Below are positions 62,164 through 64,000 of a DNA stretch of 64,000 bases, in pieces. The stretch spans positions 4,860,310 to 4,924,309 of the forward strand of contig CAVNZM010000008.1 in assembly GCA_963693365.1 (NCBI GenBank), given 5' to 3'. This DNA is from Amoebidium appalachense (taxonomy: Eukaryota > Protista > Ichthyosporea). The translations under genes and the position numbers were made by a program. Numbering within the stretch: the first letter of the stretch is position 1; every line of letters starts with the position of its first letter. The notes beneath the pieces were generated by a model that ran no database searches, had not been told where the DNA came from, and worked only from the letters and a program-made list of their open reading frames with translations.

Positions 62164-63644
62164 AGGGGCCCTTTAAAGCACGAGAGCCGTTGGGGTGAGG
62201 ATACATACGGTTGACGGAGAAAACAGACACCCTGTCATTAGGAACAGCAACCACGCGATCGCACGTCTTATACAGCGTGCACGTTATTGTCACTAGAGAC
62301 CAGGTGAAGAATTGGCAGGCGGCGGCACCGCGGCAATCCCTGCTACATTCATCGGCATCGGGGGCGTTGGGGTAACGTGAAAAGGTGAGACGGTTGGTTG
62401 GGGTGTCGTCTTCGCATTTGATGCCTGGGCCGGTGACTTGCCAGTAGGTGAACGGTGGCGCTGTGAGTGGGAGAGGGCATTTTTATTTCAGTTTTAAAAT
62501 AAAAAAAATTATTAACTTTTCTATGTTTTTTTCATTCGCCGATTTGGCACGCCCCCTAATTGCTTTATTTCACTGCTTTTCATGATGTTGATAGTCATTT
62601 TTACCGTTTTGAGGCATAAAAGGTAGTGCTGCTCAGTGACAAGAATGACAACATTATACGAAATGAAATAGCACGGAGTGTGTGTGTGTGTGTGTGCGTG
62701 TGTGTGTGTTGAGGGGGTTGGGGGGAGGGGACACTGGCACTGTTGCAGACCACGGTCCACATCTAGTTAGTGCCACCACGTGGCCGGGGTAAATTTAACT
62801 CCATCCAAGTTTAATCTTATCAAAATCGGGGTACTTACTGATGGCTGGAGGGGGAGGTGGTGGGGGAGGAGGAGGAGGAGGAGGTGGTGGTGGTGGTGGT
62901 GGTGGTGGTGGTGGTGGGCGGGGTGGTGGTGGCGGGGGTGGCGGTGGGGGAGGGGGCCCGATGCATCTGTCTTGGCCCGAGTCGTAACGGTGGCCCGAAG
63001 GGCAGCAGCTGCAGTTGCCACAGCCAAAGCGGTTCTGATAGCAGTTGGCCCCGTCACTTCCTACATGCAGGAAAAAAATGGTGCATTAGGACCAATTTGA
63101 AGGGGTTCTTTTTACTTTCTTTCAAACGTTCCCCGCCTCCTCCATCCAACCTTTGCAGTTCACGTGCACCGCTATCATCTTGCGTTACGCGTACGGTGGG
63201 TGGTGTAGTAAAGTTTACACATTAACAACGCATGCATGCATGATGACTTTCTAGTAGCTACCGGGCCGGCGAGTGCGTCGTTTTGACAATGCCACGGTCC
63301 GGGTACAAAGTGCACATATGTTTGCTGAATGTAGTCATGCATGAACAGTTGAGTCACCCCCAATGCATCTTCTATTTACGCATCAATCACATGCACATAT
63401 TACGTGATTAACATTTACGCCAACTGCTAATATTACAACACTTCACAACGACTTTCTGAATTATTCCAGATGTATGAAAGTCTAGACAAGTATACGTATA
63501 CGTACCACACACGTGTTTGCATCCACCACCCCCAGTAACCTTGTGGAGAAGGAAGAACAGGCCCTGCGCTTGTGCCGCCATGGTTCCTAACATCACGGCA
63601 CCAAGCAAAAGCGGCGAGTAGCCGCGCCTGGATCCTCGCCCCAT
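56713..63644 (-). CDS. Secreted modular protein: signal peptide, Cys-rich segment, polyproline, 3 PAN/apple-like domains, 2 carboxypeptidase-regulatory-like and 2 SdrD-B/CnaB-like domains (~750 aa)
   Basis: Exons 63644-63506, 63060-62839, 62460-62209, 61459-61247, 59927-59706, 59290-58430, 57992-57702, 56777-56713, all introns phase 1. Small linker exons near 61757-61725 and 60360-60335 are possible. Motifs include C-x3-C...C.FF.Y...C.LY..C and [12 protein letters not shown]...GEGVSGV...[18 protein letters not shown]. Confidence 0.75.
57013..57205. repeat. ~62-bp AT-rich tandem repeat, ~3 copies, in last intron
   Basis: ttattaacct..agtattataagaccaggtttcaa.gtttttatgta.gat.ct.ttc is repeated. 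Confidence 0.85.
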
Positions 63645-64000
63645 GTCTCCCAAGGTTCAGCGCCTTCCAAAAAAAAATGACTTGGTGTCACGGTGTGTAT
63701 ATGATTCGAAGACCTTTTGGGTTGCTTTTTTTCTTCTTTTGCCAACGGTATGATATGTGTGTATTTTTGATACTTGTACTTTCCTGAAATAATTGATCAT
63801 GTAGTAATTTCCACTTGGTCAAAGTGTACACAAACGTTTGTATTGCTGTGCATGCGCAGTTAAGAAAAGTTACAAACTGCAGTGTTTGAGCCTACTTGGA
63901 TGCTACAGGACAGTGAGGGATGAAGTACACACATGCAGTGAAAAATGAGGGGTCATGCTCGGGGTTTATATACGTGTTGATCAAGCTCCACCACATCCAG

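Overview
Eukaryotic genomic DNA with GT-AG introns packed with microsatellites [(CA)n/(GT)n, (GA)n, long C/G and A/T homopolymers]. Nearly all ORFs in the supplied track are translations of these repeats. Hand-splicing with phase checks gives 9 protein genes: a CCCH/CHCH zinc-finger gene (-, 3' part unresolved), a 13-exon LtrA-family membrane protein (+), an intronless THAP-domain protein (+), rpl26 (-), an intronless GT32 DxD glycosyltransferase with two homopolymer frameshifts (-), a 12-exon LCCL-domain multipass membrane protein (-), an SGNH/GDSL hydrolase (-), an ERI1-type SAP+DEDDh exoribonuclease (+), and a secreted polyproline/PAN-apple/SdrD-B-like protein (-). A unicellular opisthokont is a plausible source, but this is inference only. 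The most notable unexplained signals are: (1) a dispersed, mostly intronic and sense-oriented repeat family carrying hammerhead-ribozyme-like core boxes in permuted order (GAAAC...GUC...CUGAnGA); (2) 3' splice sites made of (CA)n-ACGTACAG with no U-rich tract, often complementary to GT/G-rich intron 5' ends; (3) an animal-style THAP + HCF-1-binding motif + coiled-coil protein; (4) an all-phase-1 exon-shuffled surface protein with bacterial-adhesin-like domains; (5) a LINE 3' fragment ending in a (CA)n tail. All domain calls come from motif recognition by eye; no searches were run.
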